From: Takakia lepidozioides
Lineage: Eukaryota; Plantae; Bryophyta
Direction of reading: 5' to 3'
DNA length: 64,000 bases
NCBI GenBank assembly: GCA_030704615.1
Contig: CM060734.1
Span: forward strand, 56,048,001 to 56,112,000
In this document: piece after piece, positions 1 through 12,783 of the stretch
Numbering within the stretch: the stretch's first letter is position 1
Layout of the letters: each line of letters opens with the position of its first letter
Made by a program: the position numbers and the translations under genes
Notes under the pieces: model-generated
Seen by the model: the letters and a program-made list of their open reading frames with translations, nothing else
Told to the model about the DNA's origin: nothing
Database searches by the model: none

Positions 1-252
1 GGATTCTCCACAGCTTGGGGTGCACCGGGCTCGATTCCTGTTTTATGAGTGAAATGTAAGGTTCTTGTTGTTTTATGTCTGATATCACTCGAGAGAGATG
101 AGCTTTACCACGTCTGCCATGAAGATAAATCACGCCCAGGGGCCAACAAATCTCTTGATCCCTGGATTTACACTTGGATCAAGCCCACATGTCAATTATA
201 AAAATTAGTTATATATTAGTCAGTTTCACACTACTAGTAAATTAACTTGACA
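1..252 (-). repeat. Diverged homolog of the 'B' segment of the Gypsy terminal repeat (61305-61617), partly inverted
   Basis: Positions ~87-252 align in direct orientation with ~61456-61617, and both end in AACTTGACA. Positions 1-~80 match the reverse complement of ~61340-61418. Confidence 0.7.
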
Positions 253-255
253 TAC

Positions 256-590
256 CTGTAAATCCAAATGGCTGAATTTATCCAGGCGTAGGGCCATCAA
301 ATGATTTCATATCACTTATCAGATGACATTGGGTTGACTGCCAATTACTGTTTTTCTACAAATCCCTGAACGTCTCATCTTCCATGAGTTGAGACTCTTT
401 CAACATGTCAACAGTCAGATTATTGCTATACAATCCCAACTTACCCATGGGATCATCATCTGAGAAACCATCCAACTCACAATCCCCTTCACTAGCAGAA
501 TCGCCAATATATAAATGTCCATCCTCCCCATCCCAATCACTATCATTATCTCAATCTGGAAGGAGGGCGCTTCCTAGTTATCATTCCTGA
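256..590 (-). pseudogene. Possible N-terminal fragment of a piggyBac-like transposase
   Basis: Manual minus-strand translation gives an acidic tract (DNDSDWDGEDG...SDDDP) followed by NWQ...FDGPTPG, with stops. This resembles the N-terminal W...FxGPxPG region of piggyBac-type transposases. Confidence 0.35.
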
Positions 591-777
591 CGTGACGTGG
601 CTCGGACACGTCAGACGTCACGTCACGTCATGTCGAATCCGGACGTTTACCCATGTAATTTTTTATATATATATTTGACTTTTACGATTTACTTCTATCC
701 TTTGTAATGATATGACAGCCACGGTGTAAAACAGACGTGGCCAATTATTAAAATTTATTACTTCATTTAAAAAAATA

Positions 778-2495
778 CGTCCGCCCATATTAGCGGTCGC
801 TTAAAAGTTATTATTTTTTAAATCAAACGACCACCCATATTGGCGGTCGCTTGTAATTTAATATTTTGTTAAATTAAGCGACCGCCTATATTGGCGGTTG
901 CCGGCAATTTATGAAGTTTTAAATGAAGCGACCGCCCATATTGGCGGTCGCTTGCAATTTATTATATTTTAAATTAAGCGACGGCCTCTAGGTATTGGTG
1001 GTCGCTTGAAAATTATTATTTAAAAAAATTGAGCAACCGCCCAGATTGGCAATCGCTCGTAGTTTAAAAAATATTAAAAAAACATACAGCGACCGCCATT
1101 CGCCGGCCGTCGCATATTTTTATTTTGATTCTAAAATTAAACGACCGCCGTTTGGAGGTGGCTTCTTTAATGTTTAAAAAAAAATGCAACGACCGCTATT
1201 TGGGCAGTCGCTCGTTTTGTCTTTTTAAATTTAGCGGCTACCATTTAGCGGCAGTGGTTTTTTTTATAAAAAACTTTAAATGAAGCGACTGCAACTACGG
1301 CAATCGCTCTTTTTTTTGAAAAAAATATGAAGCAACCGCCAATACGGCGGTCGCTCTTTTTCGTTTTTCAAAATAATGAAGCAACAGCCAATACGGCGGT
1401 CGTTGTTTTTTTTTTAAAATTTTTAATGAAGCGACCGCCACTACGGTGGTCGCTCATTTTCGTTTATTTATTTTAAAAATGAAGCGACCGCTATATGGGG
1501 GTCGATCTTTATCGCTTTTTAAAAAACTGAAGCGACCGCCAATACGGCGGTCGCTCTTTTAAGTTTTCTTTATTTTTTATTTTTTTAAAAATCATTTAAT
1601 ATTTAAAATTTTAAATAAGTTTTTTTAAATAAAAAAATGAAGCGACGGCGGTCGCTCTTGCTTTTTAAGAAAGTGAAGCGACCGCCAATACAGCGGTCGC
1701 TCCCTTATTTTATTTTTTTGATATAAATTAAAAAATTTAAAATATAAGTTTTTTATTTCTTTTAAAAAATGAAGCGAACCCCAGGGCGGTCAGTCTTTTA
1801 CGCTTCTTAAAAAACTGAAGCGATTATTGGCGGTCACTCCTACAAGTTTTTTTCTTAAGAAAATAGTAATAAAGTCTTAATATTTAAAAAAATGAAGTTT
1901 TTTCAAAGAAAAAAAATGCAGCGACCGCCCTTTGGCAGTCGCACTTTTTCGATTTTTAAAAAACTGAAGCGACCGCCATTACGGCGGTCGCTCCTTTAAG
2001 TTTAAAAAATATATATATATATTATAAATTATATAAATTTGATTTTAATTAAAATAAAAACTGGAGTGACCGCCGTATGACGGTCGCTCTTCTTGGCTTT
2101 TTAAGAAACTGAAGCGACCGCCAATTCGGCGGTCGCTTGTTTACTTGTTTGCAATTTTTGTAATTTATATATTTTAAAAAAAATGAAGCGACTGGCCTAT
2201 GGCTCTCTCTGTTTTTCGTTTTTTTTTAAATGAAGCGACCGCCACTACGGCGGTCGCTCTGTTAAGTTTTTCTAAAAAGTGAAACGACCGCCCTATGGCG
2301 GTCGTTTTTTTTTTGTTTTTTAAAATGAAGCGACCGCCAATACGGCGGTCGTTCTTTTCGGTATTTGTTTTAAATGAAACAACTACCATATGGTGGTCGC
2401 TCTTTTTGGTATTTATAAAAGATGATGCGACCGCCCAGTGACGATCGCTCTTTTTTGTTTTAAAAGAAAATGAAGCGACTGCCTATACGACAACG
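778..2495. repeat. Array of ~30 GC-rich palindromes (consensus AGCGACCGCC-N4-5-GGCGGTCGCT) separated by A/T tracts; probable DNA-transposon subterminal region
   Basis: Units such as gaagcgaccgccaatacggcggtcgct recur with ~50-bp period, occasionally ~100 bp. Confidence 0.9.
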
Positions 2496-2549
2496 ACACG
2501 TTAGTTCCGAAAATTTTGCTACTTATGAACAGGAAGCGGCTTCCGCTAC

Positions 2550-3410
2550 GTGATGCTCCAGCCTCATGGAATAGCTCATACGTGTAGTCGTCTACCTTGC
2601 AAAGTCTTGGTGACCACTGCTTCCACCAAGCGGTTGATGGAGTCTTCGGAAAGCTCCATGGTCGCCGTTGTTATATTTCAAACGTTGGGGTTTCGGGCAC
2701 TTTTTGGCCATGTGTCTAGTCTCCCCGCAATTAAAGCACACCCCATCAAAGGTCGTCATCTGCCCGCCATGTGTGGTCGCACCTATTTTTCCTTTCGGAG
2801 TACCGGGTGTCGCCCTGGCGTACGAAGGCCCTCCCTTCGATCTCCAATTGTCATTGGCGCCGTGTGGCTTATCCCACTTCTTTTCCAACCGAAATCAATC
2901 ACAGTCCCGTCAGACCTTCTTGTGGTTCAACTCCGTACGGCCCCATCTTTCGCCCTTAAAGACATCCGAGAAGCATTCAGCTTTTTCAATGGCCTCGTTC
3001 AAAGTCTTTGGTGGCCTCTCCTCCAATTTCCGCCTAGCCCATGGGGTCAGTCTCGCCACAAAGTTGAAGACCATTTCTGGTTCCGCCATGTCCGTGACTT
3101 CAAGCAACAATACATTGCCTGAACATATCCTCGAATATCATCTTTTCCAGAAAGTTGGTGGCATTAGCGGCATTTGTTGGACTAGCGGGTATCTCGGAGA
3201 GTCCTCAGGCTCCGACTCCCCAAATGTCTCTTGCTCTTGAGCGGCCTCACTTTCAGAAGCATAAATAGCCTATTTCGTTTGCCGCTCCGGCATCGCGTCG
3301 GCCCCACCGGGCTCACTAGGATCATCGGCTTTCGGGCCGTTGCGCTTTCGCTTGATCTTGCTCGGCCCCATGGTGAGGCCGATCCCAAGGGCGATCGCAT
3401 ATTGAACTCT
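2550..3410 (-). pseudogene. Degenerate gag of an LTR retrotransposon (capsid C-terminus + CCHC zinc knuckle)
   Basis: ORF 2910-3110 (PKTLNEAIEKAE) and ORF 2592-2888 (CFNCGETRHMAKKC). It lies directly downstream of the PBS and LTR. Confidence 0.85.
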
Positions 3411-3412
3411 AG

Positions 3413-3424
3413 GCTCTGATATCA
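3413..3424 (-). promoter_or_regulatory. Primer binding site (tRNA-iMet type)
   Basis: The minus strand reads TGATATCAGAGC, one mismatch from TGGTATCAGAGC, 2 nt after an LTR end (...GCAACA). Confidence 0.85.
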
Positions 3425-3426
3425 AG

Positions 3427-3954
3427 TGTTGCGCACCTCACTTTGGTAAACTCCCCTTCAAGTCATACTTAATCGCTTTGATGCGCGTGCCTAACTCTCA
3501 ACCTGACAGCCGGACCAACTCGGAGCTTCGGCTTCTCACCGGGGCATAACGGTCCCCATTGCTCCCACACAGGACCTTCAAACTGTCGGGCCCAATGGAA
3601 ATTCCTTTTGGTTAATGGCAGTCCGGAATAGATCCCACACCTTGGTCGCTTTCCGGATCGCTTGCTTACTCACTAGCTTTTGATCACTCAACGGGCTTGC
3701 ACTGTTCTCGGGGTTACTACTCCATATATATATTTTTGTAGGTGCTGACGGGGGTTTCGCAAATAACCAAGTCCTTTTATGGTGAACCACCACCAAGACC
3801 CTCGATTCCCTGTGATGAGTCACGGTGAGTCTTGGCCCACCTGGTACCACGGCCTAATGGACCGTGATGAGCCCCTAACGTTGCCACTACCCCCACCACA
3901 GGGGCAGCCCCTCTTGTGTTCTGACCCCCGCCCTCAAGGCAAAGGGCCGCCCCA
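3427..3954 (-). mobile_element. 5' LTR of the gag-bearing retrotransposon (outer boundary approximate)
   Basis: CA end at 3427 next to the PBS, a TATA-like run at ~3725, and an abrupt switch to tandem repeats at ~3955. Confidence 0.65.
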
Positions 3955-5713
3955 AATCGAAATTCATTCAATGGCCCAACGGACGGTTGCCCATCCAGAT
4001 GAGTTTTGTTTGCTTTCAAACTTCAGGCCAGTAGGTTCCACATACCATAAGACGGGTCCCAATGTAATATGAGATGAAACGAAATTCGTTCGATGGACCA
4101 ACGGATGGATGCCCATCCAAATGATTTTCGTTCGTTTTGAAACTTTAGTAGCGTCTTCAGAATACCGTCTCATACGTCCCTGAGTAATATGAGATGAAAC
4201 GAATTTTGTTCAATGGGCCAACGACGTGTTCACATGTCATCCAGTTTTGCTCGCAGCGAAAAAGAAATCTTCTCATGCGTGCACGCCTATTGCATCGATG
4301 AACGGATGTGGTTGACGCTCAACTTTAGCCCGCATGGGCTTGAATATGTGTGTAACACATGCGTAGAGATTCAAGAGAAAAACAAACCATTTGCCCCCCA
4401 AACGACGCAGTCCCCCTTCGAACAATTTTGAATTAACTCGATTTTCTTGAATTTTAATTCAATAATTAGACTTAGAATGTCTGTGATTGCGGGTTTCTGC
4501 CACTCAATGATATTGTTTCTGGGTCAATTTTGTTTTGTGTATTCAACCCTCACACCTGTGCATCCTTGCAAAAATTTGGACCAAAGAAAATTGGAAAAAA
4601 AAAAAAAAAAATGTTCACTTTGTTCACTATTCTAGAATTCTCTATGAATAGTGATAAAAGTTGAAGACGAATCCACTTTGGAATGCAAATGGGTTGCGAA
4701 AATCGTGGTTTTGGGTCCAAATGACTTTTGATCGCTCCCAAATTTTGCACGCACATTGCACATGGTGTCCCTACGTCAGTGGTTCAAGAATGGAGCAAAA
4801 CAAAAAAACATGAGCAGGCGAAACGCAGTCAAACAGGTCCCGTAGTCAGACGAGATGAAAGGAAATCCATTCGATGGGGCAACAGATGGTTGCCCATGCA
4901 AATGATTTTTGTTTGTTTTCAAACTTTGCCAGTATGTTTGGTACCCCGTCTCGCACGTCGCGGATGAGTACGACATCAATCGAAATTTGTTCAATGGCCC
5001 AACGGATGGTTGGCCATCCAGAAGAGTTAAGTTTTCTTTTAAACTTTGCCAGTATGTTCAACATATCATAACATGGGTCCAGTGTAATATGAGATGAAAC
5101 GAAATTTGTTCGATGGGCCAACAGATGGATTCCCATCCAAATAATTTTTGTTCACTTTGAAACTTCTGCAGCGTCTTCAGTATACCGTCTCACATATCCC
5201 TGAGTAATATGAGATAAAACAAAATTCGTTCAATGGGCCAACGGCGCGTTCACCTGTCATGGAGATAGAGAGTTCTACAATAATGAGCGAAGACAACATT
5301 TTTATTTTTATTTTTTATTTATTTTTTAATTTGAGTGCATGAAGTTGACGACAAATCCACTTTGGAGTGCAAATGAGGCGCAAAATCGCGATTTAGTATC
5401 CAAATGACTTTTGATTGCTCCCAAAGTTTGTATGCACATTGCATATGTTGTCGTCAAGCCAGTGGTTCAAGAATAGAGCAAAAAATAAATCATGAGGAGG
5501 CGAAACGCAGCCCAGTACATTTGGTACACCCTCTCACAGGTCCCGGACTAATATGAGATCAATCCAAAATTCATTCGATGGCTGAACGGATGGTTGCCCA
5601 TCCGAACGATTTTGATTCGCTTTCAGACTTTGCCAGTGTGCTCAATGTACCATCTAAGAGGTCCCAGAGTAATATGAGATGAAACAAAATTCGTCCAATG
5701 GGCCAACAGATGG
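3955..5713. repeat. Degenerate ~120-bp tandem repeats with higher-order duplication
   Basis: aatatgagatgaaacgaaattcgttc(a/g)atgg(g/a)ccaac recurs. 3955-4240 resembles 4975-5260, and 4660-4830 resembles 5340-5510. Confidence 0.85.
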
Positions 5714-8183
5714 CATACATTCCCTTGTCCTCATCAAGTGATGGCACGAAGTAGGAGAAAATATGCCTCCAGGACATTCTTAACCAGCATGTCATGAGCA
5801 ATACATAGACTTGCGACAACTATAAAATTGGATATGACATGCCAGAATGCTCCATTGTAACTCCGATTATAGGTCAGGGACAAGGTTAACGAGAGGAGGA
5901 CTATACTTTTTCAACACAAGAGCAGCTGTGGTAAACAGACACCACGTTAGGGGAGACGCAGCAAAATGTGTCTTCCTACTCAAGGGAGCTAAAGAGATTC
6001 ACGGGAGGAAAGGGGGACAGAGACAATAATGCAGAGGGGTCGAAAGCGGGAGCGGGGGAGCAACGAGGCTAGGTACAGGCCGTAGCCCTTGTTCTCGATG
6101 TCCCGCGAATTGGAATCGAATCGGAACATATCCCACGTATCGCGGAGTGAGGCGTCATGTGTGAGCTCATGTCATGTTTGGCCCAGTTTGAAGGATGGTA
6201 GGTACATGAACGACGAGGGAGCTCCCGTCGCCATGTGCTCGTTGTTGGTTGGTCCTGCTTAACCAAAGCACTTCACACCACCAAAAGTGGAGGGTGTGAA
6301 ACAAGACGAGACGTCGGTACGTGGAGGTCTCTTTTGAGATATCGAGGGTGCTGTGTATTTTTACTACCTAGTAGCTTACCGAGGTTTGAACACCGACATG
6401 TTTGAAATGCTGGGTATGTAATTTTGTGACCGTTAGATGCTAACTAGTACTGGCATATCGCGGCTGTCCATAATGGCGCAATTCACCGTTGTAGCGCACC
6501 AGTAAGTAAGCGGGTATAGCCCAGGGTTTTTTTTGCTTTAAAAGGGATTCACGCTACTCGGAGGCACTTGTGTTGTCACTTGTGTTGAGAAAAGAGGGTA
6601 TACAGCTTAGGATCTGATGTGTGCGTGATAAAGATTAGCTCAGGCAGCGAGAGCTTACTGCTTGAGCGGGCCGATCAGATACACGAGGGAGAGGGGCTGC
6701 TTGGTTGCTCTAGGCTGAAGCGAAGGAGCTGGTCAGAGCGATGTGGAAAAAGCTGGAATCCCCGATGGTTTTTGTCATGGTTTCCATCATGATTGCCCAT
6801 GCGCTGGGAAGAGCAAAACGCTTACATCAGAAACATGTGGTTCGGCCTCTTGCCTATGGCTGCACGGAGTACATGGTATGCTTCACCACCTGATTAGATA
6901 CTTGATTAAGTCCATGTGAGTCGTCTTGTTGTACCACAGATGTTAATAACTTGTGCATCCGAAACTCACTAATCTTTGAGAGTACAAGCTGCTACAGGCT
7001 TATCTAGAAATAGATATGCATAATATGTACGTACAGCACTCGGCAAATTGATCATGGACAAAGAATTGATGGATAAGGGATCCGTGTGTAAGCTGCAAGT
7101 GCAATTACATGACGGCCATGTGTCGCTGATGCATCGGTTGGATCACTTAGCCATGCGAAACAAGAGTCAAGCATCGGCGCAGTCTGGCAGCACGATACTG
7201 CTAATGACTGCACCAAGCTTTGGTGGAGGTCTCGTGATCAAGTGCGACCAACATCAAGTTGTTTCATCTGGTAACGTCGGCATGAACAAATAGCGGTCTG
7301 GCAATCCACGGGTAAGCTCGCATGACAATGACATATTATTGGTAGGGCCAGAGAAATCTTCAAGAACCGTGACAATGAATTCTTCGAACATAGACTGATG
7401 TGAGGGCAATAAATTTAGAATTCAAGATGTATCTTTAGAGCAGCTTTCTGTACTGACCATGACATCGGATGTTGTGGTGAATTGTAACAGCCTATTGCTC
7501 ACGATGGTTCAATTCAATCGAGGCTATTTCTCACCCAAGCAAAGAAGTTAGTTTTGGAGTTTCGTCACACACATGCTGACCAGCTTGTGAGGAGCGAGGG
7601 TAATTTTGATGGACCGGCTTGCGAGGAGCGAGGGCAATTTTGATTAGCCTCTAGTGACTCTTCAGAGATCATGACTCTATAAATAAATTTGTAAAATTTT
7701 GTAAGGCTAGTTTCTATCTAGCTCGACAGCGGTAGTAAGTAGGAGTACAACTTAGCTTGAGCTTATGTAGTAGGAGCAAGGTAGCACGCGAGACCACTCG
7801 TCGCTGGAGCTCGACGAATTGATGTACTCATGGTGTGTTCCCATGGAACCCGGGCGTCAAAACCCGCCATCTACATTGTCCAACAGCCAGCACCTGAAGG
7901 TCCCGTCCAAGAGCCCAAGTTATGGAACTAGCATGGCCTGTGTTCCCCTGGAACCGGGGCGTCCCTTATTCGGACGACATGGCGCGGGGCGTCAAAGCCT
8001 GGTCGTTCCTATCGTGTGGCTTCTTGGAGATGCGGGTACCCTTTTTGCAGAGACGGGGAGGAGCTGCAAGGCTTGGAACCGGCGTTTGCGACCACACCAT
8101 TATGACTGCCAGTAACTGCAGTCTGCACTGAGCGGCTTCCGCGATGATGCACAAGTGGGCTTTACCTCTGCAATGTTCGCTTG
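5714..8183. mobile_element. Unclassified ~2.8-kb dispersed element, copy 1 (left end truncated)
   Basis: Colinear high similarity to 14161-16950 and 36628-39387, with a shared right end ...CAATGTTCGCTTG. Confidence 0.9.
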
Positions 8184-11100
8184 GATATTGGCACTATAGG
8201 GAGGACTATATCTCCAGTGAGTATGAGAAGAACATGCCGCATAGAGGGCCTCACATCAGCATCAGGGTGAGAGCAAAATAAACCTAGACACAACACTCTG
8301 GTAACTTCATCAACATCATATACTCCCGCAAGCTTAGGATCAACAGTATCTAATAACCGTGACATACGCCACTGCTCCCAAACATAATCTACCAGCACCG
8401 CCACGTCCTCAGATTGGCTATTGATAGGTTTCCTTCCGCATGCCACTTCCAACAAAAACACTCCAAAACTGTACACATCCGTTTGCTCCGTTTGTTTTCC
8501 TGCAAATTCAGAAGTTGACAATTGAATAAAATAATAAAGGCAGTACCCAGGATTGGTTTCTCAACTACAACTTGCCTCAAATCTTGACAGTAGAGGATCA
8601 TTCACTGAAACAATGAACATCAATCAGTTTACATATCCCTTATGTCAAATTTCCTCACCCAACATTAAGTCAAACTTCATCCCATTTGGTCTCTTCAAGT
8701 CAAATTGCAGTATGAATCTCCAATAGGAGATTGTCAGACACACATGAATGAAATTAGAGTACCTAGGATAACATTTGAAATTAAGAAGGATAACTGATTT
8801 GAACACAACTTCATACATGCATTAGGGTAAAACACCCTAGGACAGTTATAGTTCCTATGACCGTTCACCTCATAATTGCTTGGGTCAGGCCTGCATGAGC
8901 GACCATGGCTGGGCCCAAGACTGCTCATTTTTGCCACTTGGCAAACAGTTGTTTGATAGAACCCCCAAGAAATATGAGTGGTCATAGGGCTCAAACTTCA
9001 CACGGATTGGTTCAACTTTGAAACCCCATAACATTGTGTGGATTTCATGAAATCAGGCACTTCCAAATGTGTTGGGATGCCCCAGATGTGGGGCATCTTA
9101 TCAATTTATCTGGGGTTAAAACGACAAAAATTCACCGTTAGATCTTCCGCCATCTTTAGATGAACGGTCATAGGGTGTTCTACCCTACAGAATAGATTAG
9201 GTGAGTGACTGTCAGAGTCTGAGAATCAAGAATAAGAGTAGAATAGATTATCCAAAATCAAGCAAGTAGAAGAATTCAGAAATGTACATAATCCAATGGA
9301 ACAAAACATGCAATCTGGAGCTAATATCCCAGTTCTACATTCAGAACTTAAATCGGACCTTAGGTGACTGAATATGAAAACTGAGAAAGAAGGGGTACTT
9401 GACTGCATGCACTCACTGCACAACAAAATGTAGGAGGTTCAAGCAATCACAATCTATGAGGCTGGAAGTGACTGACAGATTAGGCTCATCATAGTATATG
9501 ACATGGACGTACAAGAATATACAAGAAGCAGGAAATCACTTGGATCACATGATTTGTCCGGCCCTGATCAAGCTACAATGTTGGATGGATAAAGACCACC
9601 CTTTTCTCACACGAAGCCAACAATCTAGGAAGGTGTGCCGACCTGTGTGGTATAATTCGGGGGCCAAGTACCCCAACGTGCCTGCCACATTGGTGCTTTC
9701 AGGAGTTAGCAGACTATGCTGATACGACCGCGCTAAGCCAAAATCCCCCAAGCGTGCGTTGAATTTAGCGTCCAACATCACGTTTGCTGCTTTCACATCT
9801 CGGTGAATGATGCGTTGTTCGCATTCGTAATGTAGATACACAAGAGCTGAGGCTACGTCCTGCATGATCTTAAACCTGTACACGGCACCCATATGAGGCC
9901 GACAGTGTCATCTAACCCCAGATCTGACCCCATTCACCCAGCCTACCTCCAATTGGTAATTTCAAAGACGATCACATGCATGATTCCTCAATTTTATAGA
10001 CGTAATCAGAGGACTTGAATATTTTACCTTCTTTGCCAAGGGAATCCCATATTTCCCTCAAGGGTGTCTGGCTCTGCGGTCGGCGCATGGTCAGCAAAGA
10101 GAAGCTTGTCAAGGCTGCCTTGGGGCATGTAATCATACACCAACAACAGCTCTCCTTGTTCGTGACACCAACCTTGCAACCTCACCAAATTGCGATGCCG
10201 AACCCTGCCAATGATCATTACCTCCGCCAGGAATTCGCGTTCACCTTGTTTAGATTCTGGGGACACTCGTTTGATTGCCACATATTGCTTGTTTCCAGGC
10301 AAGAAACCCTTGTACACGCTTCCAAACCCACCACGCCCCAAAGCTTGCGTCACACTGAAATTGTTCGTGGCGAGGGCTAGTTCTTTGTATGAGAACTTGT
10401 GAGGACCCTCTTCCAGATCGGAGTCGATATTGAACCTCCACCTTCGTCTTTCATCCCACCGGGCATAGAAGGAGTGAGCTACACCGGTGATTACAGCGGC
10501 ACACAACAGACCCACCAGCGAAGGAACCAGCGTGATCACGAATTTATGTCGCTCAAGGTAAGTCAACAGGGACCGGGGTAAACACGGCAATGAAGAACTG
10601 CGCGCACTGGAGGTGAAGTTGGCAGTGCTAAAACTCCATGCATACACCCCAGCTGAGTACACACTTGCCTTAGTCAAATGGAAAGCTGGGGACCGGGCTG
10701 AAGTGAAACCGACGTACATGTATTCATTGAGAACGTCTGAGAGGTCGATTGTCATACTCAGAGAGTTGTTCCTATCTGCAGTAGGCATAGGAACAGGACG
10801 CTCCTCATTCCTGACGGGGCAAATTCTTTGTGTAACGTCCAAAGTGGTGACATTCAGCATCTGCGTCGAACTGTCATAATCTATCCAGACTTGCAGCTCC
10901 CATATTTTTCCGTCATCTGGGTCCACATAGATTAGATCATTGGGACTGTCTACAAGAGCCCAATCAGATGAATTCATGCTGTTAATGTCGACTCCAACAT
11001 GGTAAGACGCGGGGTCTGCAAATTCAGGATTCTGGACGGTGTCAATCTCTACTGCAAATGCGTGCGACTGAGGGTTCCCATTCGAAGTTGCATTGAGCAG

Positions 11101-11575
11101 GCCGAGGTATCCGCCTTGGCCTCCCACCGATTCATTGTAATTTACAGGGAGAATGGCAAAGGCAAACCCTTCCAGACTATTTGTTTCTCTTCAATATCCT
11201 CTCTGCTCTTTCCGTGGCGATCCAAGTATCATCACAGCCACAAATACAGTGCTAAAAGAGAACACAGAGCCTGAAGCGTCCTTGAATCGAATGGGTGTGG
11301 GATGCATACACCTCCCAGTCGAAGGGGAAGGGTGTTGATCAAACCATATATATTCAAACCACTGAGGTGATTCGAAACAAGTTTGACTACGAACCTCGTA
11401 AGGGCCTCCACCCCGTTCAATTGCTTCACCTTGCAAACCTTCAAATATTTGCGGTTCTATAAGTGTGCCATTAGTGGTGGGGTAGGTGAAGTCGACGAAT
11501 GGCGCAGACGAAGTGAGCACCACCACTGTTGAGCAGGAAAAAACCGAACACGAAGACAATGGTGAAGAGCCTCAT
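8162..11575 (-). pseudogene. L-type (legume) lectin receptor-like kinase, probably pseudogenised; exons 11575-10028, 9875-9643, 8499-8162
   Basis: Signal peptide MRLFTIVFVFGFFLL, lectin motifs (FSFSTVF, GFAF, FAVEIDT, HVGVDINS, YVGFTSA), a TM helix, and an RD kinase (GRGGFGSVYKG, HRDVKAANV, DFGLAR, GTLGYLAPE, DVYSFG) with GT-AG introns. There is a 1-nt frameshift near 11497 and an in-frame TGA at 11191-11193. Confidence 0.9.
8825..9185. mobile_element. MITE in LecRK intron 2
   Basis: Imperfect TIRs (gggtaaaacacccta...tatgaccgttca / tgaacggtcatagggtgttctaccc) flanked by TA on both sides. Confidence 0.6.
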
Positions 11576-12783
11576 TGAGTAGCTATATCAGCCGGGATTC
11601 CTTTTCTGTGCACTTATCGCCTGTGTACAAGAAAGTGCCCAACGAAAGCAAGCCGAAGTACTACCTCACAGTTACACTGACGTTCAAATGAGAATTTCCC
11701 TTCAGTCGCCCACCCCACCACACAGAGAAACGACAGAAATGATGGAAAAGTCTGTGCACACATGCATAGAGTCTTCAGTACTGCTACGTCCCTATCGCTC
11801 TCAGCATCTCATTGCACAACCTTAGGCATATTGTCCAGAATAGAACCCGGCGGATTGCAAAACTCTCCTCCATTAGAAGCTTCGTCGCAGTGTAACAAAC
11901 TGAGAAGCCTTGATGTCGACTCTGTTTGTCAAAGTCACTTGAGTCCAACCCACTTCCCTGCAAAATTGTCGATATATGTAGAGCCTCTGTTCCAGTGATT
12001 AGTGTCATGTCCACATTTCTCAGCACAGACGGAAACGAAAGAGAGGCAAAGTTAGTCCTGATCAAGTGAGCTATTGGCTTCGCAGTCATTCATGTGGTGG
12101 CTTCATGGCCTGCCTTTGATGGTGTCGGTAACAAGTGTCGATAGCACAGCCATGGCACAAGTGTATGGCAGACACTAATCAAGCCTGATTGCACCTTTCA
12201 AGTGTCGGTATGCAGGGACACGCAATAGTGTAGGCAGGAACACGGAGTGAAGCGACTTTGTCATCACCTACGACTGCCTCCCTCTCAGAGATTCCTCCGA
12301 CACCCTTGGAAGCTTCATACCAGTCAGAAATGGCTTCACTTTTGGATTTTGCCAATCACTAACGTAGACAAGAGCGTCTTCATGTCGTGAGCCGTGACGA
12401 CTTAAAGGTGGGCGAACCCACCACTGTCACTAAGTCCACGATATTAGCCTCCATAGAATTACTAGTTCAACCCATTCAGACACATCTCCAACCATGTAAG
12501 TCCGGGCTATCTCAGAATCAGGGGCTGGGACAAGAGTCACACTAGTGCGCACATTCTATATAATACCACTCCTCAGCTAATCCCTGCAACACCATGTCGT
12601 TGAGAATAGTAAGTTAAGTGCTCCTGGCCGATTTGCTCTAGATACTAGATTTTAGTAGTTCAGGATCACGTAGTTAACCAGCGTGGCCACCATCAATATT
12701 TGAAATGATGATGAATTACCCTTATTAAACTCGTGTGAACACTACCTATCCGGTAGAATAATCCGAAATGCACGCGTCTGCAC

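Noticed and set aside
778-2495. CRISPR array
   Set aside because: Spacers are low-complexity A/T tracts, repeats are degenerate, there are no cas genes, and the context is eukaryotic.
11762-11998. LRR gene fragment on the + strand
   Set aside because: Only one or two weak LRR-like units with no supporting exons.
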